A stretch of DNA of 64,000 nt from Leekyejoonella antrihumi. GTDB taxonomy: Bacteria; Actinomycetota; Actinomycetes; Actinomycetales; Dermatophilaceae. Shown here in pieces: positions 47,001 to 55,299 of this stretch (positions are counted from its first letter, which is position 1; each line of letters opens with the position of its first letter). Made by a program: the position numbers and the translations under genes. Where the stretch lies: positions 111,702 through 175,701 of the forward strand of contig NZ_VCQV01000002.1 of NCBI RefSeq assembly GCF_007845645.1, given 5' to 3'. Under the pieces are notes generated by a model. That model made no database searches, was not told where the DNA came from, and saw only the letters and a program-made list of their open reading frames with translations.

Positions 47001-47914
47001 TCGACGCCTGGCAGCAGACCCGGGTGTCCGTCGATCGCATCGCCGAGCTGATGCGCCTGGAGACGCTGACACCCCAGGCCGAACGTCCGATCGAGCCGAG
47101 CCGGCTGGACGGCGAGGTCGAGGTGGCGGGAGTGCACTTCACCTACCCGGTCGTCGAGCTGACCCGCACCCGGCGCGGACCTCAGGACGCGCACGTGCCG
47201 GTCGCACCCATGTCGGCGGCGCCGCCGGAGGCCTTGCGCGGCATCGACATCCGCGTCGCCACCGGTCAGACGATTGCGCTGGTGGGGGAGACCGGCGCCG
47301 GGAAGTCGACGGTGATGAAGATGCTGGCGCGGTTCTATGACCCGGGCAGCGGACGGGTGAGCGTCGACGGCATGGACCTTCGGCAGCTGGACCGGGACGC
47401 TTTTCACCGTCAGCTCGGCTATGTGCCGCAGGAGATGTTCCTCTTCACCGGCACCGTCCGCGACAACGTCGCGTATGGCCGGCCGGAGGCCAGTGATGCC
47501 GCGGTCGAGGCGGCGGCGCGGTCAGTGGGCGCGCACGACTTCATCTCCGCGCTGCCCGGTGGCTATCACCACCCGATCAGCGAGCGCGGTCGCTCGTTGT
47601 CCGCCGGGCAACGTCAGCTGATCGCCCTGGCTCGGGCCGAGCTGGTCGACCCTGCGATCCTGCTGCTGGACGAGGCGACCGCGAATCTGGACCTGGTGAC
47701 CGAGGCGCAGGTGGTGTCCGCCATGCACCGGGTGAGTGGGCAGCGGACGACCGTGTTGATCGCGCACCGCCTGCCGACCGCGCGGGCCGCCGATCGGATC
47801 GTGGTGCTGCACCGCGGGCAGGTCGCCGAATCCGGCTCGCACCAGGAGCTGCTGGCTGTGGGCGGGCGGTATGCCGCGATGTGGCAGGCCTTCGAGTCGG
47901 CCGGCGAGAAGTAG
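44045..47914 (+). CDS. fused two-module ABC exporter (TMD-NBD-TMD-NBD, type I exporter fold)
   Basis: Two complete half-transporters in one 1289-aa ORF. NBD1 has GASGSGKST...LSGGQRQRIALARA...LVLDDATSAVD. A Gly-rich linker PGLGGGLGGGGGGWRLALAP follows. TMD2 begins FSLRRLLREFRRPLLLALVFVVLD. NBD2 has GETGAGKST...LSAGQRQLIALARA...LLLDEATANLD. Confidence 0.8.
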   Translation: MTATDQLTTLRGGTTAGSPDVGWVRRLLSCVLQHRRDAALAFGAAIVGGLLQVAVPLIAREIVDKVIIARTSPLWPWLTLLAVVALAAFGCSYVRRYRGGRVSLSVQWDLRNRMHDHLQQMDLTTLGTMPTGQLVARANSDSTLVQALLGFFPIVSGNALLMVLSLVVMFILSPLLALVAMVVAPALLIVSYRMRTKVFPASWDGQQREGDVAQIVDEDVTGVRVVKAFGQEHRELQRIVQASERLYGSRMRAVRLQARYQPLMEAVPVLGQVAVLAVGGAMALHGALSIGTFLAFSTYVAAFVAPARQLAGILTIGQQARAGVERIFQLLETEPTITDPADGASLGVLSGELSWQDVTFGYAEPGHPQGEPAEHRVLDGFSLHVSPGERVALVGASGSGKSTAALMLSRFHDPQRGTVLVDGVDVRTVRLPDLRSQIAYAFEDSFLFSDTVGANIAYGRPGASVDEVAEAARVACADEFISALPQGYDTPIGERGMTLSGGQRQRIALARAVLADPAVLVLDDATSAVDAGTEERILGGLRQVLTERTTLLVAHRVSTLRLADRVVLVEQGRTTETGTHEELMQRSRRYRELVSGLDVEPTGRVDGRIETLAQLTAQGRTDAAWTRQAATPEPTGNVRPLNAPGLGGGLGGGGGGWRLALAPTPDLLARVDSLPRVRDFPTVDVGVESRQDRDFSLRRLLREFRRPLLLALVFVVLDAVAGLAGPALVKVGVDDGVVAGSGHVLMIATLIFLGATLIAAVNGAAETFVVGRVAERLMLSLRVRIWAQLQRMSLDYYEREMAGRIMTRMTTDVDSFENLVENGLLNALVAAVTFVGVGAALLVLDLPLGLATLSVVIPLVFATIAFRRRAASLYTVARERIAIVNADFQESLSGIRESQAFAHEELTAQRFQRLGRDYLESRVAAQRLVATYFPFVQLLSAVADVVVLGLGATLIEHGHLTTGALIAFLLYINMFFSPIQQLSQVFDAWQQTRVSVDRIAELMRLETLTPQAERPIEPSRLDGEVEVAGVHFTYPVVELTRTRRGPQDAHVPVAPMSAAPPEALRGIDIRVATGQTIALVGETGAGKSTVMKMLARFYDPGSGRVSVDGMDLRQLDRDAFHRQLGYVPQEMFLFTGTVRDNVAYGRPEASDAAVEAAARSVGAHDFISALPGGYHHPISERGRSLSAGQRQLIALARAELVDPAILLLDEATANLDLVTEAQVVSAMHRVSGQRTTVLIAHRLPTARAADRIVVLHRGQVAESGSHQELLAVGGRYAAMWQAFESAGEK

Positions 47915-48017
47915 TCCCTGCGACGACGCGAACACGGTTTTGCCGACCAGGGCCTAGGAGGCGGCGCTCGGGCACCCTATGGTGGCACTGACGAGATGAT
48001 CTGCTCCCGGAGGCCTG

Positions 48018-48944
48018 ATGACGACCACGTTCCCGCTCGAGACCCACGACGGCACGCAGCTGCAGGTCTACCGGTGGTTGCCCGACGGGCCGCCGACGGC
48101 GATCGTGCAGCTGGCGCACGGGATGGCCGAGCACGCCGGGCGCTACGAGCGATTCGCGAAGGCGCTCACCGATGTCGGCTATGTCGTGTATGCCGATGAC
48201 CATCGCGGTCACGGCCTGACCGCCGCGGGCGTCGATGCGGGCTATTTCGCCGACAGGGGCGGTTGGGACAAGGTCGTGGAGGATCTTTCAACCGTCGCGC
48301 AGCACGCCCGAGAGGAGCACCCCGGGCTGCCGCTGGTGCTCTTCGGCCACAGCATGGGGTCGTTCATGGTGCGGGAGTATGCGATCCGGCACGGCAGTGA
48401 GCTGGCCGCCCTCGTGGTGTGCGGCACCGCCGGCGACCCCGGAATGCTCGGCAAGGTCGGTGGAGTAGTTGCGTCACTCGAGGGACGGATTCGTGGCCGC
48501 AAGCACCCCAGCAACCTGATGAACAAGCTGACCTTCGGGCAGTACAACGCGCAGTTCAAGCCGAAGCGGACCGACTTTGACTGGCTGTCGCGTGATCCCG
48601 CCGAGGTCGACAAGTACGTGGCCGACCTGCAGTGCGGCGCGGTGTTCTCCGATGGGTTCTTCTCCGACCTGCTGGGTGGACTCGCGCATCTGCAACGGGA
48701 CGACGAGGTCGCCAAGGTGCCGAATGACCTACCGGTGCTGCTCATCTCGGGTGACAAGGACCCGGTCGGCGACAATGGCAAGGGCGTGAGAGCCGTTGCG
48801 GCACAGCTAGAACGGGCCGGCGTGCGCGACGTGACGACGACGCTCTATCCGGGAGCACGGCACGAGCTGCTCAACGAGACGAACCGCGATGAGGTCACTG
48901 CCGACGTGGTTTCCTGGATCCGAGAGCACCTGCGCCGCGACTGA
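48018..48944 (+). CDS. alpha/beta hydrolase (lysophospholipase/monoacylglycerol-lipase-like)
   Basis: GHSMG nucleophile elbow; HG oxyanion motif LAHGMAEHAGRY; C-terminal catalytic His context GARHELLNE. Confidence 0.8.
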   Translation: MTTTFPLETHDGTQLQVYRWLPDGPPTAIVQLAHGMAEHAGRYERFAKALTDVGYVVYADDHRGHGLTAAGVDAGYFADRGGWDKVVEDLSTVAQHAREEHPGLPLVLFGHSMGSFMVREYAIRHGSELAALVVCGTAGDPGMLGKVGGVVASLEGRIRGRKHPSNLMNKLTFGQYNAQFKPKRTDFDWLSRDPAEVDKYVADLQCGAVFSDGFFSDLLGGLAHLQRDDEVAKVPNDLPVLLISGDKDPVGDNGKGVRAVAAQLERAGVRDVTTTLYPGARHELLNETNRDEVTADVVSWIREHLRRD

Positions 48945-48959
48945 CCCGCCCTGCGCGCG

Positions 48960-49355
48960 TCAGAACTTGTCGCCGGTGCGCCAGGCCATCTCCTGCAGCG
49001 TCAGGGTGTTTCCGTCCGGGTCGGCGAGCGACGCATATTTGACTCCGCCGCCGACATCTTCGATGGTGCCGACCTCGACGCCGCGACCCACCAGCTCGGC
49101 ACGGGCCTGCTCGATGTCCGCGACGACGAGGTGTAGTCCCTTGACGGCTCCCGGGACGCCGTCGTCGTAGACCGGCAGGCCGGTGCCCATCCCGATGGAG
49201 CATGCGGAGCCGGGCGGCGTGACCTGCACGATCCGCATACCCGGCATCGGTTGCACGTCGACGTCCGCGACGAAACCGAGCTGGTCGGTGTAGAACGCCT
49301 TCGCGCGATCCACATCGGTGACCGAGATGGGGATCAGTTCCAGCTTCATCTTCAT
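48960..49355 (-). CDS. VOC/glyoxalase-family protein
   Basis: ~131 aa from the ATG at 49353-49355 (MKMKLELIPISVTDVDRAKAFY...); matches the glyoxalase/bleomycin-resistance fold. Confidence 0.75.
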   Translation of the reverse strand: MKMKLELIPISVTDVDRAKAFYTDQLGFVADVDVQPMPGMRIVQVTPPGSACSIGMGTGLPVYDDGVPGAVKGLHLVVADIEQARAELVGRGVEVGTIEDVGGGVKYASLADPDGNTLTLQEMAWRTGDKF

Positions 49356-50203
49356 GCGGATGCACCGCTTTCTGTCAGGGGCTGTGATCGGACCGTCTCG
49401 GTAGCGGGATGGGGTTGGATCTGGCGCAGCCGCGACCATTGAGCCACGGGTCTGCCGGCAGTGCGCCACGGGTGCTCGCCGGCCGGGACGCGTGGCCAGC
49501 CGTCGGGGGAGGCCTCCCAGCGCTCCTGTCGGCCGAAAACGGTCAGATCCAGGGCGTGATAGCTGGTCATCAGCGCCTCGGTGCCGCGGTCGGTCGTCCA
49601 GTAGGTCTCGAACACCTGGCCCTCGTCGTCACGGACGTAGCAGGCAATGAAGCCGAAGCCGCGGCCGGCAAGCAGTGCAGTCGCGTCGCGAGCGGAATAC
49701 CACGGCCAGTTGTAGCCCATGAACGCCGCGAACTCGGCTGACTCCTCGTAGGCACCCTGCGAGAACACCGCATACGTGACATCGCGTGCGTGCAGGTAGT
49801 CCAGGGTGTGCATGTGACAGGTGGAGAAGGTGCAGCCTTCGCACTGGTCGGCGAGGGAGGCGCCGTCGTGCCACATGTGGAAGTAGGCGATCAGCATCCG
49901 GCGACCCTCGAAGACGTCCACCAGCGGGACCGGTCCAGCGGCTCCGGTGACGGTGGCCGACGGGACCGCCGTCATCGGTAGACGCCGTCGCTCGGCGGCG
50001 ATCGCGTCACCCTCTCGGGTGTGCGCCTTCTCCCGGTCCAGGAGGGCATCGCGGGCCGCGGACCAGGAGGCCCGGCTCACGGCTGGTGGCAGGACGAGCC
50101 GTTGTTGCGAGCCGGGCGGGCTGACGGCCGTGCGGGTGGTGCCGGGTTCGGCCGACATCGCGGGGATGCCGGCATCGGCGCCGGTAGGGTTGGGCATGAT
50201 CAT
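49352..50203 (-). CDS. DUF899-family thioredoxin-like protein
   Basis: Start reassigned to the ATG at 50201-50203 (MIMPNPTG...). Conserved DUF899 strings include MIAYFHMWHDGASLADQCEGCTFSTCHMHTLDYLHARDVTYAVFSQG. Its stop overlaps the VOC gene's start (ATGA). Confidence 0.7.
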   Translation of the reverse strand: MIMPNPTGADAGIPAMSAEPGTTRTAVSPPGSQQRLVLPPAVSRASWSAARDALLDREKAHTREGDAIAAERRRLPMTAVPSATVTGAAGPVPLVDVFEGRRMLIAYFHMWHDGASLADQCEGCTFSTCHMHTLDYLHARDVTYAVFSQGAYEESAEFAAFMGYNWPWYSARDATALLAGRGFGFIACYVRDDEGQVFETYWTTDRGTEALMTSYHALDLTVFGRQERWEASPDGWPRVPAGEHPWRTAGRPVAQWSRLRQIQPHPATETVRSQPLTESGASA

Positions 50204-50236
50204 CGCCTCCGGTAGGTGCGCCGCTGGAGCAGGCGC

Positions 50237-50288
50237 TGTATGTCTGGGTGTCGAAACTGGCGCGCCGGTTTCGACACCTGGACATACA
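50237..50288. promoter_or_regulatory. 52-bp near-perfect inverted repeat (26-bp arms, 23/26 matched, centred on GGCGCGCC) between divergent starts
   Basis: tgtatgtctgggtgtcgaaactggcg|cgccggtttcgacacctggacataca. It lies 34 nt from the DUF899 start and 27 nt from the YciI-like ATG. Confidence 0.6.
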
Positions 50289-50314
50289 ACCGTTTCGCAG
50301 CCACGGAGGCAACC

Positions 50315-50686
50315 ATGAAGTATCTGATCCTGATCCACAGCAACGCCCACTTCCAGCAGCGCTGGGAAGCGCTCAGCGAGGCCGAACGGGAAAACTTCGG
50401 TCGAGGGCATTTCGCACTGTCCGATGACCTTGCGGCGTCCGGTGAGCTGGTCGCCTCCGAGGGCCTGGCTGATCCGTCCTTGGCCACGTGGGTCCGCACC
50501 CGAGATGGGCAGACCGTCAGCAGCGACGGACCGTTTGTCGAGGTCAAGGAGCACCTGGCCGGCTTCTACCTGGTCGACGTCGACAGTGAGAAGCGGGCCG
50601 TCGAGGTCGCCGCCCGGATCCCGGACGCGGTGTGGGGGCTGGTCGAGGTGCGGCCGGTGCTCGACATGAGCGGGTGGGACGTCTGA
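50315..50686 (+). CDS. YciI-like (DGPF-domain) protein
   Basis: MKYLILIHSN...DGPFVEVKEHLAGFYLVDVDSEKRAVEVAARIP matches the YCII/DGPF family. RBS GGAGG precedes the ATG at 50315; the ORF-track N-terminus is spurious. Confidence 0.75.
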   Translation: MKYLILIHSNAHFQQRWEALSEAERENFGRGHFALSDDLAASGELVASEGLADPSLATWVRTRDGQTVSSDGPFVEVKEHLAGFYLVDVDSEKRAVEVAARIPDAVWGLVEVRPVLDMSGWDV

Positions 50687-51930
50687 ACCAGCTGGACGGG
50701 CCGGACGAGTTGCGGCTGCGCGAGCTGTCGGCTCGGGCGCTGGGCATCCTCGTGCGCCGGCACGGTGGGTTCGACAGCTGCGAGGATGCCGTGCAGGAGG
50801 CATTGGTAGTGGCCGCGCGGGACTGGCCGCGGGACGGCTGGCCGGCCAATCCGCTCGGTTGGCTGATCACCGTCGCGTCGCGCCGGCTGGTCGAGATCTG
50901 GCGCAATGAGGCGGCCCGCCGCGGCCGGGAGGAGCGGTATGCGCTGACGTCGCTGGGCGATCCGGCTCCCGTGCCGCAGGCTGACGACACGCTGACCCTG
51001 CTCACTCTGTGCTGTCACCCCGCCTTGACCCGGCCGGCTCAGGTGGCACTGACGCTGCGTGCGGTCGGTGGCCTCACGACGGCCGAGATTGCGCGTGCAC
51101 TCCTCATTCCGGAAGCCACTGCCGGGCAGCGAATCAGCCGGGCCAAGGCGCGCATCAAGGCGGCCGGCGCACGGTTCGAGGAGCCTCGCGAGGATGAGCG
51201 CACTGAACGACTGGCGTCCGTGCTGGAGGTGTTGTACCTGATCTTCAACGAGGGCTCCACCACCAGCTCCGGCCCGGCGCTGCACCGGGTTGAGCTCTGC
51301 GCAGAGGCGATCCGGTTGACCCGCCAGCTCTACGCCAGCCTGCCGCACGAGGGCGAGGTGGCCGGCCTGCTCGCGCTCATGCTGCTCACCGACGCCCGGC
51401 GGCCGGCCCGCACTGACGCCGAGCGCCGACTGATCCCTCTGGCAGAGCAGGACCGCAGTCGCTGGAACCGCGCGGCGATCGACGAGGGTGTCGCACTGCT
51501 GACCCCCGTCCTGGCGACTGCTCCTCCTGGGCCGTTTCAGCTGCAGGCCGCCATCAGCGCGGTGCACGACGAGGCGGCCAGCGTCGCCGAGACCGACTGG
51601 CCCCAGATCCTCGGTCTCTACGACATCCACCTGCTGTTGGCACCCGGGCCGATGGTCACCCTCAACCGGATCGTCGCCGTGGCAATGGTGCATGGGGCCG
51701 AGGTGGCCCTGGCAGAGCTGGCCGAGGCGGCTCGCGCTCCGGCGCTCGACGGGCACTACCGAGTCCATGCCGTGCGGGCGCACCTGCTCGACCAGGTCGG
51801 TGACTCGAAGCGTGCGCACGAGGAGTATCTCGGCGCCGCACGTCGCACCAAAAGCCTTCCCGAACAGCGCTATCTGCAGGCTCGTGCCGACGCCGCCCGG
51901 GCCCGGTCAGACGCGTCCAGTGGCGAGTAG
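50674..51930 (+). CDS. ECF-type sigma-70 family factor with a large C-terminal extension (the type that pairs with YciI-like proteins)
   Basis: A GTG at 50674 overlaps the YciI stop by 13 nt. Region 2 reads LVRRHGGFDSCEDAVQEALVVAARDW. Region 4 reads VGGLTTAEIARALLIPEATAGQRISRAKARI. A ~250-aa TPR/SnoaL-like C-terminal extension follows. Confidence 0.8.
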   Translation: MGRLNQLDGPDELRLRELSARALGILVRRHGGFDSCEDAVQEALVVAARDWPRDGWPANPLGWLITVASRRLVEIWRNEAARRGREERYALTSLGDPAPVPQADDTLTLLTLCCHPALTRPAQVALTLRAVGGLTTAEIARALLIPEATAGQRISRAKARIKAAGARFEEPREDERTERLASVLEVLYLIFNEGSTTSSGPALHRVELCAEAIRLTRQLYASLPHEGEVAGLLALMLLTDARRPARTDAERRLIPLAEQDRSRWNRAAIDEGVALLTPVLATAPPGPFQLQAAISAVHDEAASVAETDWPQILGLYDIHLLLAPGPMVTLNRIVAVAMVHGAEVALAELAEAARAPALDGHYRVHAVRAHLLDQVGDSKRAHEEYLGAARRTKSLPEQRYLQARADAARARSDASSGE

Positions 51931-52384
51931 GTAGCAGAGCTGAGGTCTCGGGTCGTCGGGGAGGACTCGAACGCCCGCGCGAGCCGCATCGCTGCGGCGT
52001 AGTCGTCGTCGGTCGGGTCGCCGGTGACCTCCAGGGCCAGCTCGGCCGGCCGCTCGAGCCCGACGACGCTCACCTCGGCGAACCCGGCGGCGGTGATCTC
52101 GTCCTCGAGCTCTTCGGGTGTGTGGAAGTGGCCCGCACGCTCGAGCTGGGAGTGCCATCCCGCAGGAGGTCCAGCCACGCATTCGGGGCGGCCAGCAGCT
52201 CCGCCCGATTCCGTGCGACCGCGGCGAAGGCCAAGAGGCGGGGGATTGCGGCCGCGTGCACAAACCCGACCGCCCCGTCGCTGATCTGATCGTCCTGGAC
52301 CTCAAGCTGTCCGGCTGGCCGGCCCAGGGCGTGCGACAGGGTCCGACCGCGACCCGCGAAGGCCGGGTATCGGATCTGTCGCAA
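51870..52384 (-). pseudogene. frameshifted fragments of a small (probably SAM-dependent methyltransferase-like) gene
   Basis: Two overlapping minus-strand ORFs in different frames (52070-52384, 51870-52178). Neither has a credible N-terminus. Surrounding 51.9-53.1 kb has no intact gene. Confidence 0.3.
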
Positions 52385-53111
52385 CGCCGAGGAGCGACGT
52401 CGACTCGTCCTCGCATACTGCTACGCGCAGGTGTCAGACGGCCGGCATCGGCACAAATCGGATACGGCATACCTCTCGACTGCATCTCCCGCAGACCTCG
52501 AGCACGAGCTCGGGGTTGCGCCCGGCGACCTGCGTGACCCGAATTAGCGAAGACTCCGAACGCGTCAGTAGCGAGAATGCCACCGCACGCATCGTCGGGA
52601 GTGCCGGATGACCTACCGGCCACTCCCGGAAGTGGAGACTCCCCAGTGCCCGCGGCAGGATTCGAACCGCGACAGCAGCCGACGGGAATGATGATCGCGT
52701 TGGTCGACGCGATGGGTACTTCGATGGCTCAGTCGCAACGCTCGGTACATACGAGCAGCTTTTTGACGTCGCGCCTGGGCCAGGAGTTGGCCCGTTCGAC
52801 CATTCACCGGACGCTGGCATGCGGCGGTGGCCCCATGATCCCCGCGGCAGGCGAAACTCCTCCAACGGGTCGGCGATCCAGTCGTCCCGGCAGCCAGGAA
52901 TCCGTGGCCGGTGGCACCCCAACGGGTGCACATCCACACGATCGGGAAGCAGTGCGGCGGAGCGGTTCCGGGTCGGTTGACGGTGGAAGATGGCGATCCG
53001 CCCCACGACACGCCGACCTGACCGCACCTTCCGCGGGATCTCGTAGTCCTCTCTCAGCCGCGGCCAACCACATGCTCAGTCTCGCCCATCAGAGTTCGTA
53101 GCAGCGAAAGG

Positions 53112-53513
53112 ATGCGGATGCCGAAAGCCAAGAAGGACAATCGGTCGGCTAGCAGCGTGGGAAACCCGCGGCGGATTCTCGCCGTAGGCGGTGTGCTGGC
53201 CAGCGCGGTGCTCACTGCGGGGACCGGGACGGCGCAGGCCGAACCGGCTCCATCCGTGATGACGCCCACCGTGACAGGAACGGCGGCGCCCACAACCGCT
53301 CCGCCGGCCGGGGCCCGCGACGCGGAGCGGGCGGCCAAGGTTGCGATCAACGCGGCCGGAGGAATCACCGCACTCTCAGTCAACCGAGGCCCCAGTGGAG
53401 GTCACCTGACGCGCGTGCTCCTGCCCTCGGGCGACCATGCATACGTCATCGAAGACGCCACCTTCATCGTCCGCTCGATCCGCGTGGATACCTCCCCAAA
53501 GTCGGCGAGGTAG
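53112..53513 (+). CDS. small secreted PepSY-like protein
   Basis: Signal peptide RRILAVGGVLASAVLTAGTGTAQA; C-terminal AAKVAINAAGGITALSVNRG...AYVIEDATFIVRSIRV resembles a PepSY fold. Confidence 0.5.
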   Translation: MRMPKAKKDNRSASSVGNPRRILAVGGVLASAVLTAGTGTAQAEPAPSVMTPTVTGTAAPTTAPPAGARDAERAAKVAINAAGGITALSVNRGPSGGHLTRVLLPSGDHAYVIEDATFIVRSIRVDTSPKSAR

Positions 53514-53687
53514 CCGTGCGGGTGCGGCAGCGAGGCTGCCCGGTTGGCAGACCAGCCCGTGCGTGCTGCGGTCCGGCCCCGTTCCACCTGGTAGTCCCCT
53601 CGGACCGTTGAGATCCGGGGGGACTACCAGTGCCGGTCTTCCTTCTCCTTCGGCTTCACGGCGGCCCGGCCAGGAGGAGCGGTGCTC

Positions 53688-54191
53688 CTATCGTCCGTTG
53701 CTGCGGGGCGAGCCCGCACCCGATGGTGTGTGCGGTGAGCTGGTCCTGCCTTGGCCGTCCGATCTCTGGTCGGCGTGGTCGTTGCCGTGCTCCGTGTTCT
53801 GGGCGAGGACGCGCCCGTTGCCGGCATCGATGATCACCTCGGTCTGCGCCGTGGCGGTGGCGACGTTGACCGTGTAGACGACGTTGCCGCCCTCGTTGGC
53901 GAGTTCGACCCCGGTCACGGTGCCACCGGGGATGGCGTGTGCCCCGGCCCGCGCGGCCTGGGCCAGGTCGACCTTGGCGAGCTTGCTCAGGGCGAGATCG
54001 TCGGCGCCCTCGTTGCCCGAGTCGCCGGTGGCTCTGGTGGTCACCGACGAGTGGTACGCCACGTGGTCACCGGCGTCGCCGCCGACGTGGCCGGTCGCCG
54101 AGGCCCACCCGGCGCCGCCGAGCAGGGCCGCGCCGGTAACAGGCAGGGTCAGCATCACGATCCGGCGTTTGGGGAGTCTGGGGGTTTTCAT
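53688..54191 (-). CDS. secreted PepSY-domain protein
   Basis: Start at the ATG at 54189-54191 (MKTPRLPKRRIVMLTLPVTGAALLGGAGWA). The PepSY motif is LSKLAKVDLAQAARAGAHAIPGGTVTGVELANEGGNVVYTVNV...EVIIDAGNGRVL. Confidence 0.7.
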   Translation of the reverse strand: MKTPRLPKRRIVMLTLPVTGAALLGGAGWASATGHVGGDAGDHVAYHSSVTTRATGDSGNEGADDLALSKLAKVDLAQAARAGAHAIPGGTVTGVELANEGGNVVYTVNVATATAQTEVIIDAGNGRVLAQNTEHGNDHADQRSDGQGRTSSPHTPSGAGSPRSNGR

Positions 54192-54480
54192 GGTCCGTCC
54201 TTTCCTGAGGGTCTGGATGACCCGGTGTGCTGTGCAGCCTTGCTTTCCCGCTCTGAGGTGGCGCTGAGTGCGCCTGAGCAAAATCCATAGCGGGCCTCTC
54301 GTCGCGCCGCCTGAGAGCCGGCTCAAGTGCGTTCAGGTGTGGCACAGCAGCAGCGCGCCATCGTGACCAGTACCGGGCCGACCTGTAGTGGAGACCACCG
54401 GAGAGGCGGCCGCAGAGAAGGAGCACGACATGGACAGCAACGCGATGGCACGGTGCGAGGTCGACAGTGGGAGGCCGGTG

Positions 54481-55242
54481 ATGTCTGCGAGGCGGGAGCC
54501 GGTGGCGGTCTACGTCGATCTGGACAACACGCTGATCAAGGGCTCGGCGCTGTTTCACGTGGGCCGGGGTCTGGCGGCGCAGCACGTGATCGGCCGGGCC
54601 GCCCTCGTGCAGCTGGCCGCCCAGCACGCGGCCTACCGCCTGGTCGGGGAATGCCCCCGGCTGGTCCAGGCCGCGCACCAGCGCGGCCTGTCCCTGGCCG
54701 CCGGGTTACCGGTCGCCGAGGTGCTCACCGGCGTCGAGCAGCTCTACGACCGGGTGCTCGCACCGCGCCTGTGGCCCGGAACGGTGCGGTTGCTGGCCGC
54801 GCATCGGGAAGTCGGCACCCCGGTCTGGCTGGCTACTGCCGCGCCGGTCGAGCTCGCCACCCTGATCGCGGACAGGCTGGGGCTGTCCGGCGCACTGGGC
54901 ACCCGGGCCCAGCAGTTTCAGGGCGCCTGGACCGGCCGGTTGGACGGACCACTGCTGCACGGCGCAGCCAAGGCGGCAGCGGTCACGCAGCACGCCCGGC
55001 AGCAGGGCTGGGACCTGGGCGACTGCGCCGCCTACAGCGACTCGGTCAACGACCTGCCGCTGCTGACCGCGATCGGGCAGCCGGTCGCGGTCAACCCGGA
55101 CCGTCGGCTGCGTCGGGTAGCCGGCCACCACCAGTGGCCGGTCTACGACTTTCGCGCCTGCCGACTGGGCGCCCACGGGCACCGACCCCAGGCCGCCCTC
55201 GACCCGAGGGATGCCGGGGCACTTCCCCTGGCCGGCCACTGA
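54481..55242 (+). CDS. HAD-superfamily hydrolase, subfamily IB (phosphoserine-phosphatase-like)
   Basis: Motif I VYVDLDNTL; motif IV AYSDSVNDLPLL. RBS GGGAGG before the ATG at 54481; the ORF-track start further upstream is less likely. Confidence 0.7.
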   Translation: MSARREPVAVYVDLDNTLIKGSALFHVGRGLAAQHVIGRAALVQLAAQHAAYRLVGECPRLVQAAHQRGLSLAAGLPVAEVLTGVEQLYDRVLAPRLWPGTVRLLAAHREVGTPVWLATAAPVELATLIADRLGLSGALGTRAQQFQGAWTGRLDGPLLHGAAKAAAVTQHARQQGWDLGDCAAYSDSVNDLPLLTAIGQPVAVNPDRRLRRVAGHHQWPVYDFRACRLGAHGHRPQAALDPRDAGALPLAGH

Positions 55243-55299
55243 CCCCACCGCATTCACCCTCGGGGTGCGACGGGACGACCGGCGGAACCTGACGCGGTT

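Noticed and set aside
49352-50803. The full 483-aa extent of the DUF899 ORF, and the N-terminal extensions in the ORF track for genes at 13295-14449, 15894-17183, 17098-18228, 18036-19325, 37568-39367 and 55300-56880
   Set aside because: In each case the upstream portion is Arg/Pro-rich, overlaps the neighbouring gene, and lacks an RBS. An internal ATG with proper spacing to a GGAGG-like RBS and a sensible protein N-terminus was chosen instead.
52640-52700. Possible tRNA gene on the minus strand (GGTTCGAATCC T-loop consensus)
   Set aside because: I could not pair a T-stem around the loop, nor find an acceptor stem or anticodon arm. Recorded as a possible tRNA remnant only; needs tRNAscan-SE.
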